A DNA stretch of 64,000 nucleotides from Oculina patagonica (lineage: Eukaryota). The notes under the pieces were generated by a model. It was not told the DNA's origin. It saw only the letters and a program-made list of their open reading frames with translations, and made no database searches. Below, in pieces: positions 47,377 through 60,248 of the stretch. Location: positions 18,228,001 through 18,292,000 of the forward strand of contig NC_135768.1 in the NCBI RefSeq assembly GCF_052425735.1. The letters are read 5' to 3'. Each line of letters starts with the position of its first letter. Position 1 is the stretch's first letter. Position numbers and translations under genes: made by a program.

Positions 47377-50300
47377 TTAATGTCTTCTCCCCAAGAACCG
47401 CTTCATGTTTTGAAGACGAGCTATACCTCCTCTTCGGGCTGGTGGGTGTTCTATGAAGGAAAATAAAATGTCATGTAGACACTTGGTTATTGTAGACTTC
47501 ATAAGACTGAAGTGCATGCGTTTTCAGGTTAGTCTTACGTCATTCAAGGGTTGGATTTATTCTATGTGTACGTTCACTAATATTTAGCAATTAGACTGCA
47601 AGATCGAGGTTTCTATATTCTGATAATTAACAGGCAAGGGAAAAAGTCCCGAGTCAGCCACCAAAGTCGACAGAAACCGTGAACGAGAGGTCGTATTGTT
47701 TAGCATAAGACATTGGATGATCTATTGAACAATAGGATGTCGATACAACTGATTTAATGACGATTTTGGTTGGTATTTTTCGGCAACAACGCACTGTACA
47801 TGGAAATCACGCTCGCGCTCTAAGGGTCTTTTATCGATCGACAGATAGCACTTACCTAAACGATAAAATTGAGAGTTTGCTTAAAGTCAGGCCGTTTTTT
47901 ATGTTAAATCACTTCAGCCGCTGTCATTTTTTTAACTATTCTTAGTTCAGTTATTTATCGACTTACTTGTAAACTTGTACACTTCCATACTCCAAGGTCC
48001 CCCTCTTCCATCTGCCTTACACGCACTTGAGGCTCCGTACATATTGTATGTTTGTAGGATATCCTTCCCGCCTAAACACTGACCGCCATTTTCCAGGGCA
48101 AAGGCAGGAAATCCTTGAACTCTCGCTATGGTTGAACATTTTTTAATTGCAAATTTGCGTAACATATAGTCGTTTCCGTCTAACATTGGGAATATTCCTT
48201 CTAGACTAGGTAGCGCTCTCTCGGGTTGATCTCGCCAGCAACCGATGCTAAAATAATCTGTGGAAGAAATACAGGGAAAGTCAGTGAATTTCTGTCACTT
48301 GCCGAATCTTCATATCTTTAATTTCGTTTCCAGAGCTTGCGTTTCTCCTGACCAGCGGTCGAGAAACGTATTTTTCGACCGCTGGTCAGGAGGAACGCAA
48401 GTCCAAAACCAAGATTGAACATGTTTAGTTTCTTAACAAAGCTGTCACGCAATATTGTGGTGTAAAGAATCTGTAAAGAATCAGCAATTAGGTTTTCATT
48501 ATACACACAAAGATTTTTTTTTGTACTGTGGGATAAATGTCCTCTAGTTTTAACTAACTATCAAAATTATGTACAATTCTATGCTGGGCTACCTACCTGG
48601 AGCATGTGTGTTCTTGTTCATGGCGCCTGGAGAAAAACAGAAAATACATCGTTAATATTCTTCGACTTTTTGGAAAACATTTGTTAATGTTAGTTCTGAA
48701 AATTTTGTGGTACATCAAGAAAATATTCCCTGGTTGATAATTGTCTTTTTTTCCCACCAACTGTATTGATTTTGTAGGGAGAAATTATTGGTGAATTACT
48801 TCTATTATCTATAAGTTAAGGCACATCACTCTACCTCGTGGTCGAGACGGCTGGAACTTTCTTTCCCTTGTATTATCAATAGGTTCTATAAGATACAAAT
48901 ATAGTAAAAGTCAAGATCTACCCAATGACTGATTCACTTCAAGTCTACAGTGTACATAGATCTTTTATAGTTTCGGTTCTGTGAAGCCAAATTAAGACGT
49001 ATAACTTTGGTTTACCGTAAACTTTCTTGTAATTGTGATTATCTTATTAGCTCAACTGCAAGGCTTTGAGATTTAAAGCCAAGGGCTTCTACGTGTCCTT
49101 TTTTAAACCTGGACTGCATTTTTTTCCAAAGAAGAATCAAACATTGCTATGCAGTAACTGAGTTTACAATGTAACTTAAGATGCTACGCCCATTATGATT
49201 GGTCAATAGCTATGCACCGTTGAACCACTATTGTAGCAATTTTTGTAATTAGAGAATGCAAAAGGTAGTACCTGGGAGTATTTGTGCTAAGTTGTTCAGC
49301 TGAAGTGGATTAAGCAACCGCTGACCTCCCGCTGTTTTTATGACTTGCGGCTTCAAAGGCAAGTTGAAATGTGGTGCTAAAGCAAAAAAACAAACAATCA
49401 TCGGTATAAAAAGCTTATTTGTTTAACTGCAGGTTATTTAACATGTATCTCTTACGTGAGCGTGGGTAGACATTTTTTTTTCTTACTTATCTTCATAACA
49501 CCTAATAATCCTAGTTGAGAAGAATCGGTCTCTGTAACATGGTAATCTTGGTAAGTGTTCATTTTCCTAATTCGGAACATTGATCATTTATTACGATTCG
49601 CTTTTAAGGAAATTCTATGCACATTTACTCTATAGGTCTCTCGGTAGCTCAGTGAATAGGGCGCCCGCCCGATGTTTGGGAGGTCATGGGCTCGAATCCC
49701 GTCGGGGTCTCAGTTTTTTCTGTGTTTCATGCTCGTGAAATGATGACATTACATCTTCTGTAAGTTATGTACTGTCACTTTTAGCATATTGCACATATTT
49801 TTTAAAGCACTCGGCGTGTTCATGGCTGAAAATCAATGTTTTCGTTCTAGTAAAAAGCTGAAATTAACGGAAAATTTCTAAGTAAGTCTTTTTATTCTTC
49901 TTCTCACGTGACAACACTTTATTTAACTATTTGTCTTTTTCCCTACTTGGACTTGATGATGTTTCATGCTGTTTTATGGCAGGGACCGGGATATCATTGG
50001 CCCCTAATACGTGCATGCGTGTCTCTCCCTTGGAACCTTGGGTGACAAGATGAGGAACATTTCAGCTGCTTAGATGAACCAATGTACATCATAGCTTAGA
50101 TAGGTTAAGACTAACACAGCGCACTTTCTCTAGGCCGTTAAAAAATTGTTATTGTCATTAGCATTCCTCCGTTGTTTACGTTCAGTTGGTAACCGGATCG
50201 GCATCTTATAACATGAGGCCCCGTCCACTCTGACCCGGGTAAATTTGAAAACGGAGAAATTTGAAAAGCCGGGTAAAATTTTTTCCGTCCTTACCCGGGT

Positions 50301-53300
50301 ATTTAAATTTTTTTTTTTTTGAAGGCGGAAAATTTTGGGTGGGGGCTGAGTTTAAGCTAGTGGCACGGGGTGTTATAAACCAGTTATTGAGCTCATCAAA
50401 CGTCAAAATGTGTATGCATACTTATAGTGGATAAGTAGACAAATAGAAATCAATACAAGCAATTAAGCCCCGTTGAAACGACTAATTTTTTGTCTGTATC
50501 GATCCTCCAAAATTGTTTACTCTCGACCTTAACTATTTATTCACTACTGATCTGTACAAAGTATGCTGTATTCTGAACAAACTGCTCTGAAGGCGCACAC
50601 AAGGCTATTTTATAAGCTTGATTACGCTCTTCTCACCTGAAGTTTGGTTTGGTGTGATAACGGCTGCTTCTGCAATTTTAACATATGTAGTTTAATACTG
50701 TTACCAAAGTTCTAAAATGATTAAAGTCGATTTAAACCAAACTACTGTTAAAGAGGCCCAAATAAATGAACATTTTTGCGAAATAGAAAAAAGAAACTAA
50801 TGGTCATTGCATGCCGTCGCGATCTCTTTTTTTTATCCCCTACAAAAATAGTTCTGAGATTTAAGCCAACAAATTTCAAACTGATGACGCAGTTTTTGCC
50901 AGGCTAGGATAGTGTCTCTCATTGGTCAGTTGTTACTCCAGTGCAACCAATCAAAGATACTTCCTTTTCTTTTGTCTATTTCAAAAGTGCTAAAATTGAT
51001 ATTCCTAAATCTTAAAGAAGTTGAGGGGACATTGAGTTGTTAGGTATCTTAATTTTTCTCCAATTCGCTACAAATGATTTTTAATAAGAGGATGATGTTA
51101 GTTGATATGGCGACAAAATATAAGAACACTTGTACATACCTGGAATTTTTATTTTTAATCCTGGATTTAGTAAATTCTGTTTACCTGTGAAATATATCAA
51201 AAAATTTTGGTAACAGAGGCAAAGGAAACTCGAGAATGGGTTACTTTCTTCAAGTGTTTTTGGTCTAGAAAACGTGTTATAAAACAGCAACAACAATTGT
51301 GATACTAATCAGAAAATTTTAAGACTTAACTCTACCTTTGTCCTTCTTTTTCTTGGTTAGAGAGTTAACTTCCATTTCGGCCTGTTTTTCAAGTTCTGTC
51401 AAAGAAGGTGTATCGTCTTCCACGGGAGTTTTCTTTTGCGCGGCCTGGGTTGACGGAGTAGCCGGTTTTGGCAACGGGGGCTTGGGACTCGCCGAGGTAG
51501 GAGATGGTTTGTCTGACTCGACAAGGGCTAGCAAGTCTGTACCCAGGTCTGCTAGAGTATTTGACTTGCCGGACGGTTTGTTCCCGTCGGCATCAGGAAA
51601 TTTGTGAATATAAATTAGTTTCTTGACACCTGTAGTAAACAAAAACAAGTGCATAATCATTTAGCGTTCTGATGTGACATCTAGAGTATCTTATTTTAAA
51701 ACGTGAAAGCATGAGCCTCGCATTTATTATAGTCCATTTTTATTCTCTCCATCGTTAGTCTGGGGAAAACACATGCTAAATGCCTTTCCCGCTTGGGATT
51801 ACCCTGCGATTAAACCCAAAATGACACTACAGACACTACACGATGAAGAGCTACGTCATCAATATGAACTTTGAACTCGAACGTTTCTCTTGAGGGACGA
51901 ATTGGGTGCAAAGAGACTGGGGACGATTGTTTAGTCAGGGTACATCCATGTTTTTGCCATCCTAATTTCCTAGCTAGCCCCTGACAATATCAAGTGGCAT
52001 TCTGCAAAATCCAACCATTTTTTAGGGGTTTCATTCTCCAGCAATGCTTTTGAGCTCTTCGAGATAATGTCAACAATTAATTCCATGACGAAATGTGGCC
52101 GATTGTAAAAATAAGGTACAATCAACTCTCTCTTAACGGACACCTCCATAAGTCGGGTACCTCTATAAGACGGGAAACTGATGTTTTTCCCGTCCCTGCC
52201 GTTTTTCAGTCATTTATTTTACTGTAACTAAACTCCCTATAAGACGGACAACTCTCCGGTAAGACGGGCAGTTGGTGCCAGTCCCGAATGTGTCCGTTTT
52301 AGAGAAAGTTGACTGTAGTTGGGTTTTTTTCGTACTTCTAGACACCTGACCTTTTCTTTTATTAGCCTTAGCAGCTTCAGTTTGCAGTTCCCTAATCGCT
52401 TGTTCAGTCGCCCTTTTCAAATCTTGCAGTGTGTCCATCTCTGATTTTTCCGATTGCTCCTCGTCCTCGGAATATTTGTATTCGGATTTCAGTTTACGCA
52501 GCTTCGCTCGAAGTCTTCTTAGCTTCATTTTTAAATCCTGGTAAAAACAATATTAGGAGTCTGTTCATGAATCATTATGTGCGATCAGTGGCGAGACTTG
52601 ATTGTTATTGTTAAATATTTAGAGTTTTTCTGAATGATAAATGTCGGCCTCTGTAAAATAACATTTCTGCTTGAAAAACTTATATTCTAAAGGCACAATT
52701 GACGTCGAAAATTTTAATCCGGTCATCAAAAGTGATTTTTTATGGAATACGTTCAGCATTCGTTCCAGATGATTTTGTGTAATCATGTGTCAGTAAACTG
52801 GACATGTGTAAACCAAGCAATACTAAGTTTCTAACAAAGTAAATGAATCGTTCATCATTTTCAAAAGTCATCAAATCGTTCAAATCGTTCATCATTTTCA
52901 AAAACTATTTCATCGAAACGTCATTCGAAATTATTATTGCTGATTTTTATTCTTAATGCAATTTTTGCAGAACATATTATTCTCCTTTAAAGTTACACAA
53001 AGATGTACTAAATAAATCGAGAGTTGAAGTTGTTTTTCATTTCGCTTTCAAGAGACTACATATTTTTGTCACCTTCAGTTTCTTTTGATGTTCTCTATTA
53101 GCCTTTATTTGAACCTTCAGCGCCATTTCTGCTGGTGAGAATAGAGCTGTGGAATAGCTTGGACGCTTAGGCTTGTCACTGGCATGCGCATGCACAGTTT
53201 GACCTGGCACGATGGGTGCAATGGCCAGCGGACGCTGCATATAATTTGGCAAACTTTGCTCGTCGGGAGCGTTAGAAGGCTGGGAATCTTCCATCTGAAA

Positions 53301-56300
53301 CAAAAACAAACCATTAAATTCAAGTGTGGACGTCACTTTCTTAGTCCTTTGTTTGCAATACTTTGACCTATCGAAAGCGAAAGTGCCGACCTGGTAGAAG
53401 GTCGCTAGCTGGCAATTTACGTCAGCATTGCAAGATGATGAGTTCGGGACCACAATGCTAGACCCCCTGCTAGTTGTCTGAGCGTAGAGTTTGAACATGG
53501 TACCCACTGCAAGCTCACGACTCGGCTCTTTCGCTCAAAGTTGTATACCACTAAAATCCATATTTTACTTACAAATTTGTTTAACCCTTTAACTTTAAAG
53601 TCGAGTCGACATAAGTAATTTCCAGAAATTATGAGAAACTTATACATAACTGGAATAACTAACGTCTTCAGCTTTTGACTAAAAGGGTTTACTGTCTACT
53701 GTTTCAACCTTGACAGTTTGTAGCGGAGCTCCCAGCGGGCTAAATCTATTTAATGCAATAATTATTCATTCTAACTACATATGGTAGTAACTGTCGTTTA
53801 TTATTCATTATAAATGCTCACTTGCCTCTTGGTTTGTGTCATCCTGGCTTCCCATCGACCCTGCAGCATGGCCCCCGATGTTCATTCCACCAATTTTCAT
53901 CCCATGTCCCATTCCTCCCATCCCCATTCCCATCCCCATCCCCATACCATTCATACCATTTCCCATACCATTCATTCCATTTCCCATACCATTCATCCCA
54001 TTTCCCATACTATTCCCCATGCCTCCCATACCCCCGAGTCCTTCTACCCCGCTGTCCATTCCATTTCCCATCCCATTTCCTACCCGACTCCCCATTCCAT
54101 TTCCCATCCCGTTTCCCACCCCATTTCCCATCTCAAGATTAAGCCCCAGTGATCCAAGATCAAGATTGTTTAGGTCCCCTCCCATGTTATCGTTGTTGCT
54201 GCTCATACGTCCACCACCACCTCCCATTCTTCCTCCCCCGCCCCCTCCACCTCCGCCTCCTCCTCCCCCTCCGGTCATCATTTGTCCCAGGAGCTGCTGC
54301 AGGGCATTATCGGACATGCCATTGCCACCAAGCTCGCCGTCCATGCCAAGATCCATTGCTGTAAAGAAGAGACATAGACACGTATTTTGCATTGTACTTC
54401 CACAAAGCACATTTCCAAAACATAACTGAACTAAACCAAAATTCCATTGCTGCATACATTGGCCTGCAAAGGCATGGGCTGCTACCAAAGCCTTATTCAC
54501 TCGTACATAGCAAGAATAACCCTTTTTTCTTTTCTATCAGGCATCGTTTGCTCAATAGATAGGAAACGCTATCCACAAATCACTATCCAACAGGAAACCT
54601 TTGCTTGTTTTGCCAGCACGTATCAACTGGTAAGCGATGAAAACACTTGTCAACTGGTTAGCGATTTGTTAACTCTTATAGACTTATTACCGATTTATCA
54701 GATGAATAGCGTTATCCAGCCTTTGGGCAACTGGGCCCATGCTTCTTTGAAGCCTTTTTTCCTTGCACGTGTCATCACCTGACAACATATTTCAAAATTT
54801 TGTTGTCATAAACCTTCATACCTTAGCACTTCGGGATAAGCAATATTTTGTTCCAGGAACAAGTACCAATCTAACTGAATTGCAGTTAGACATGACACGC
54901 GATTTTCTTACTATGTACTAAAGGGAAAAAATATTTTAAATAAAGAAGTTCGAAAAGGAAAGGTAGAACTTTGAGATCTTTTAGAAAATTCAGAAAAACA
55001 CAGGTTTAAATTTCAACCTACATCCACCGCCGATTCCTTGTCTGCCTCCTCCGCCTCCCATATTTAGTTTCTCTTCCAAGGAGTTCACCAAATTATCATT
55101 TCCATCTCCATACTGCTGACTTTGTGACATTCCCCCTGTGAGTGACTCCAGCCCGGTCAAACCTGTTGAGGCAGTATTTGCCGTATTTCCTCCCAACACA
55201 TCCAAGCCGTTGTTCTGATATGAGCTTATAGGGTTCAACGAATTTAAGTTAGATGTCCCTCCTCCAGCTAAGTTTGATACATAAGAGTTTAAACCAGCGT
55301 AAGAATTACCGCCTGTTTGCCCTGGACTTAAAGAGCTCAGACCCGCAGCGGAAAGGTCGCTCAATGTCGTCTGACTTTGACTGTTGCTGGTAGTACCTCC
55401 ATAGTTTGTGCCAAAGTTGTGTCTGGCGTCTAATACCGCATTAGAACCCAACGCATTCGCACCGGCCGTTCCGTAACCAGTAGCAAGCATTGTCCCGACG
55501 CCAGCTCCATAGTCGGTGGAGAGACCCGTACTAAGACCCGTCCCGTAAGCACCTGCGCCGTAACCCGTCCCTAATCCCGCTGCAAGACCCGCGCCATAAC
55601 CGTCCGCTGCTACGCCTGTTAGACCTAACCCTAGTCCATTTCCTAGACCTAAACCTCCCCAATTTGCAACTATGAATTGCTTTTTCTTCTTATGTTCTCC
55701 CCTACTTCTCGTCCATCGTGGGTTAGACGAAAGAGTCGCCTTTTTAACTTTTGTTCTGTGTCGCAGCGATAACGGCGCGTCTTTGTTCACTGAAGAGAAT
55801 TTATTGCTGATTAAGCGTTTCCTGGCCAATGGAAACGTCGCTGCAGTCTTCGCACTAGGTTGTGGCGTCCAATATGATTTGGAAGCAAAGTTTTTGGCAT
55901 TAAATATTGTTTTCTCTGTACGGGGATCAACCTTCCTTGGAATGCTTTTAGTATTGTATCTATTTCGATAGGCATCATATCGAATCTTTGTAGGAACATA
56001 ATGACGACTCCAGTAATCGTTCCTTGTAGTTCTGGGCCTGAATGAGCTATACGAGTTTTGTGCAACCTGATTTCTGGCTCTTGGGGACAGCTGGTAGGTT
56101 CGACTTGTGTATGATTCTTGAAGAGGCGGTGAAGCTGTAAAAAGTGAATTATATTTTTGCGGTTTACTGCACTGGATTTCTGAATCTAGTAAACAGCCAT
56201 TTCAATTAACGTCGCCCGACCAAAGCTTAAAGACAAAACCGAAAGGTAGTATGGGTAGAAGAAGAGAGCACCTGCACGTGTTGAATACTAATACAAAAGC

Positions 56301-57121
56301 AAATTTGCACTAATTCTATTCTTTCTTTGCAGACACGTGGAAACAAGGTACTTTAAGTCTCACTGAATTTTAGAAGACTTTTCAAAACTCAAAGCCACGC
56401 GACAGTGAACGGAAAGCTACAGAAAAAGGCCTCCTGGGAGGAAAACAAATTTAAGAATTCTTCACGAGCAAAAATACAAAATTGCACATTTCTTATAGAT
56501 CAATATGCAAATTCCAGTGAATAACCAGACCGCCAATCGGTCCATTCTTTAAGCTTTAACCTTTGATCTGAAAACGTAAATTGAAATAGCTGTATAGTAG
56601 GAAAATTCTCAAAAAGCATGATAAGGTACGGAATTTCATAGGTTTAAATATTTGTTCCAAATCAAAATCTGTCTGCATAACACGCAGCCATAACAAGACA
56701 TGACACGGCTTCGTAATTTAACCGGCGCCATTTTACAGATTATCAAAACACTTAACTGATTGGTTTTATTGTCTCCATAGTGAGTAAGTGACACGAGCTA
56801 GTTGACCCAAACTGCCGTTTTCTTTAGTTGTTGAAGTTCCTTAGCAACCATACGTTACTAAGCAACGTTGGGTTGTGTTATATCCCAACGTTTCCTATTT
56901 GCGTTACGGTTTTGCAGTACGTGTGCCGTTTTGAATAGAATATCAAGAATGGAGACTCGTAGGGTGCTTTAACCAGTCACAAAAAGTACGAAAAACTTTT
57001 AAAAAAGGTATTTTCCCCCACCACCCCCGACTATTTTCAAAGAAATTGAATTTAGTTTACCTGATCTTGTCAGAGGCCATTCCACCAGTAAAATGGACAA
57101 TAAGGCCAGTAAATTATTCAT
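47377..57121 (-). CDS. Secreted Gly-rich low-complexity protein with coiled coil and C-terminal WSC-like domain (15 coding exons, 1071 aa)
   Basis: Exons, all GT-AG and phase-consistent: 57121-57061, 56134-55022, 54358-53822, 53506-53391, 53294-53073, 52537-52351, 51629-51336, 51184-51140, 50669-50637, 50003-49947, 49376-49272, 48885-48835, 48626-48597, 48257-47967, 47450-47377. Total 3216 nt. Signal-peptide-like MNNLLALLSILLVEWPLTRSA. Minus-strand AATAAA at 46812-46807. Confidence 0.82.
47967..48257 (-). CDS. Exon encoding a WSC-like Cys domain (YFSIGCWRD...KKC...FALENGGQC...YGASSAC...GGPWSMEVY)
   Basis: GCxxD start, C...FA+ExGxxC and C...GG.W...VY pattern resemble the WSC domain. Confidence 0.7.
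48337..48400. repeat. Intronic hairpin (24-bp arms)
   Basis: GCGTTTCTCCTGACCAGCGGTCGA / TCGACCGCTGGTCAGGAGGAACGC. Confidence 0.75.
49643..49759 (+). mobile_element. tRNA-derived SINE fragment (intronic, antisense to host gene)
   Basis: A box TAGCTCAGTGA, B box GGCTCGAATCCC, non-tRNA 3' body. Confidence 0.7.
50217..50297 (+). mobile_element. DNA-transposon end fragment (GGCCCCGTCCAC..., AAATTTGAAAA repeats)
   Basis: Terminus-like sequence and repeated CCGGGT/AAATTTGAAAA; no partner end. Confidence 0.4.
52119..52315. mobile_element. Tc1/mariner (pogo-like) MITE, TA TSD, intronic
   Basis: TA|CAATCAACTCTCTCTTAACGGACAC ... GTGTCCGTTTTAGAGAAAGTTGACTG|TA; internal TAAGACGG repeats. Confidence 0.85.
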
Positions 57122-58184
57122 TACAAGCAATGATTTCTTGCAGTTCCTTCACATGGCTTTTGCCCTGAGAAAAGAAACAACAACCAACTGTTAGAATTAT
57201 AAAAGACTTGAACAATTTTTAGTTCTTACAAACTTGAAATTAAAGACTAAACCATTTTGTAAGCCCAAAGGCTGGTTCGTACTAAGCCGTGTCAACATGT
57301 ACAAATAAAACCGGTGGTCATTTTCAGGATTTGAAACTGACCCAACCGGATTGAAAACCCCAGCTAAAATGAGCAACAAACCATGAAGAAAAGGGCAAAC
57401 AGGATTGTCAGAAATATATCTTACTATCATTGCCGAGTCAATATATAAGAACGGTGTTTGAGTGAATATCAAGTGATATTCATAATTGTCAGCTAAAAAA
57501 GCAATTAACACTAGGAAACTTAATTGCCAGAGGATAAACATAATTGACTATCTGTATTTTTCGATCGATATTGGACCCAAATCTTATGTTGTTTGCAATT
57601 GTTTGTTTCTGTTTATTTATTTCACCCCAAATCACAGTCCCTTGATAGCATTTTTGTTAAATTAAGTGGAAGATATAAAAACAAACATGCAAACTAATAT
57701 ATTTGTGTGAACTTGCAAAATAGATTCTCTTTTGCATCTTTCAACACACTGCACTGTAATTGCTAACTCCTGTTTGAGTTACATCTTAAACATAAAATGT
57801 TCTGTTATAAAATCTTCACGACTCTGATTTGCTCTAATGAGCGAATCAAAAACGTGAACACAAATTTTAAGATTTGTCATTTAAACGGAATAAGAAGTCA
57901 ATTTTGTCTTTACTTTAAATTAACTTCGTTTTAACCCATCGATTACTAACCATACAGGTTAACTTTCTAAAGCATAAATTAAAAACATGAAAACCCGAAC
58001 AAGGTAGCTTTAGAGGTGATGAAAAGTCATAATCGGCCGATAATTATGACATTATCTTTGCACCGCCAATTTCGTAATTCATAAACACAGACTAGACCTT
58101 TTAAATGATGTCGTGCGACAAAACAAGATATATTATCGTAAATATTTTCCCCGTATTCTTTATACATATTTTTTAATCACTTAC

Positions 58185-58260
58185 CATTTATAACAACTTC
58201 CTAGACACAACATTTCATTCGGTGGTCCGCCATTATTTCCCAAGACCCGCGATGCATGCG
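58185..58260 (-). other. Probable 5' UTR exon of the secreted-protein gene
   Basis: Perfect donor ATG|GTAAGT at 58185/58184 and ATGGCGG (YY1-like) at 58233; next acceptor TTTCTCAG at 57165. The 5' limit is unknown. Confidence 0.55.
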
Positions 58261-59333
58261 ATATCACGAATTATGGGCCCTGTCGATGACTTCCAAGTTT
58301 GGACATGGAAAATTATCTGATACTTGATTTCATGAATTACCTCAGTAACGCATGGACGTTAAGTCTGTAGGGCGGCACTGAAATTTTGTATCACAATGTT
58401 AGATGACAAATTTTTGGCACACGAATCCCCGTGGTCACACCCATATGAGATACGAGAAGTGAAAAAACTTTTGAGTTGAAGACACCAGTTCGTACCAGTT
58501 TTACTGGTGGCATTTCTCGCATGAATAAGAGCAATGATGGCTGCTACTGACGAAAAACGAGTCATTAACCAGCAAAGGAATAAGGAAAATCATTGTCCTT
58601 TGAGAGCTAGAGACTATTGCGTTCTGTCTTTTTATTCTGCACCTTGTTTGGAAAGCATCTTTTGTCCTTTGCTGTACACATTGTTAGGTAAAAACAGGGC
58701 GATGTTTTTCAACAGGTCAGAAGCGTGAATTCAGCCACCCGTAACAATATTAGTTGGTTTTGACCTCTTTTTGTAGGACGCACTTATAAAAAGAAAGAAA
58801 GTTATCTAAGTGTAAACAGAATAATGGGTGTCCGTTATTATGGGTTTAAGACACTTCTTTCTTATGATGACTTGTGGGGATAATTTTTGCATGGAAACTC
58901 GCCTTATGCTATGGACGGGCTATTATATTCTTGATTGCATTCTACAACTTCTGATTTTCTTTGACTTACTTCCTAAACCCATGCTTGAGTTTTATTTTAT
59001 GCTACGTGCCTGCGAGGAAGATAAAGCCAGAGAATCAATTCGATCTATCAGTCATTCCAATCGTTCAAAATCTATTTTTAGGGTGTCTTACTCTGGAACT
59101 TGATCCAGACCGAAAGTGATTGAATTGGTTACTATTTTCGTCACGAATGTACTTCTCCAATTTTTCGATGGAACAGAAGTGCTTATTTAAAATTAGTTTC
59201 TAAGTTCATTTTTTTCTTTTCTGACAAAAAATATCACGTTATGAATGATATGTTTGAGTAGGATTTTTTTTTCAAAATTTGAGAAAGGAGAAACAGGGAG
59301 ACCCTAGGGACGACAAATAAGCCATCTTAGTAA

Positions 59334-60248
59334 GGGACTGGTCAATAAGTAGAGGGGGGGTGGGCCGGAGCAGAAAGGGGGTGGGTCATCAGTTTTTGAG
59401 CCCTCGAAAAGGGGTGGGTTATGTAATTTTAAACTACACGTAGGGGTGGGTCAGCTTATTTATTCACTTACTTCTAACTGTTATAGTTCCAAGAAAAGTT
59501 GCATTCACCAGTATATAAAATTGATAAATTTCTCCATCTGAGCAGTTTTAAACGAATTTCTAGTGGTTTCAGAAGGCCCAAATATAAAATTTCCCTGGGG
59601 AGCATGCCCCCTGACCCCCCCTAAATGGCTTGTGATCATAACATCAGTTTTTCCTGTCTCTCTTCAACCTGCATAGATTCAGGCTGGGCTTTAGGCCTTT
59701 TAATACCAGTAAACTCTTTTCTCAAACACTTTGCAAATATGAATGATGGACAGTAGTTGTAGTTTGTTATCAATTTCTGTATAAAAATATGAACTCTTCA
59801 ATAAGTGTTTATAAATTAATATTACATACTGTTTTAGTTTTCGCATATGTTTGTGTCCAAATTTTCCCATGGACTTTACACACAAATATGTGAAAAACAT
59901 ACAAAAGGCTAGTATAAGAAGTGATAAATTTATCCTTCTTTGGTGTGTTAAGAAACGGGAAAAGACGTACATGGAACAGTAATATCCATCAGGGTGGTCT
60001 ATGTAGGGAATTTCACTTTAAAAGCTTGCATCAAATCAAAAACCTCCAACTCCTAATAGATGATAAAGAAATTATTGGTCCCTTGATTTTTTTTTAGCAA
60101 AAGGGGTTGGTCATTTAATTTTCAACCTCCTATCAGGGGTGGGTCAGTCGGTTTTGAGCCAGAAGGAAGGGGTGGGTCACAAATTTTCGAGCCACCACTA
60201 TTCCAATTGCTCCGGCCCACCCCCCCCTGGTACTTATTGACCAGTCCC
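59334..60248. mobile_element. PIF/Harbinger-like non-autonomous element, TAA TSD
   Basis: TAA|GGGACTGGTCAATAAGTA..GGGGGGGTGGGCCGGAGCA ... TGCTCCGGCCCACCCCCCC..TACTTATTGACCAGTCCC|TAA. Confidence 0.9.

Noticed and set aside
53814-54429. Plus-strand Pro/Ile-, His- and Ser-rich ORFs
   Set aside because: Antisense shadows of the Gly-Met-Asn repeat exon. The minus frame has proper splice sites and fits the gene model.
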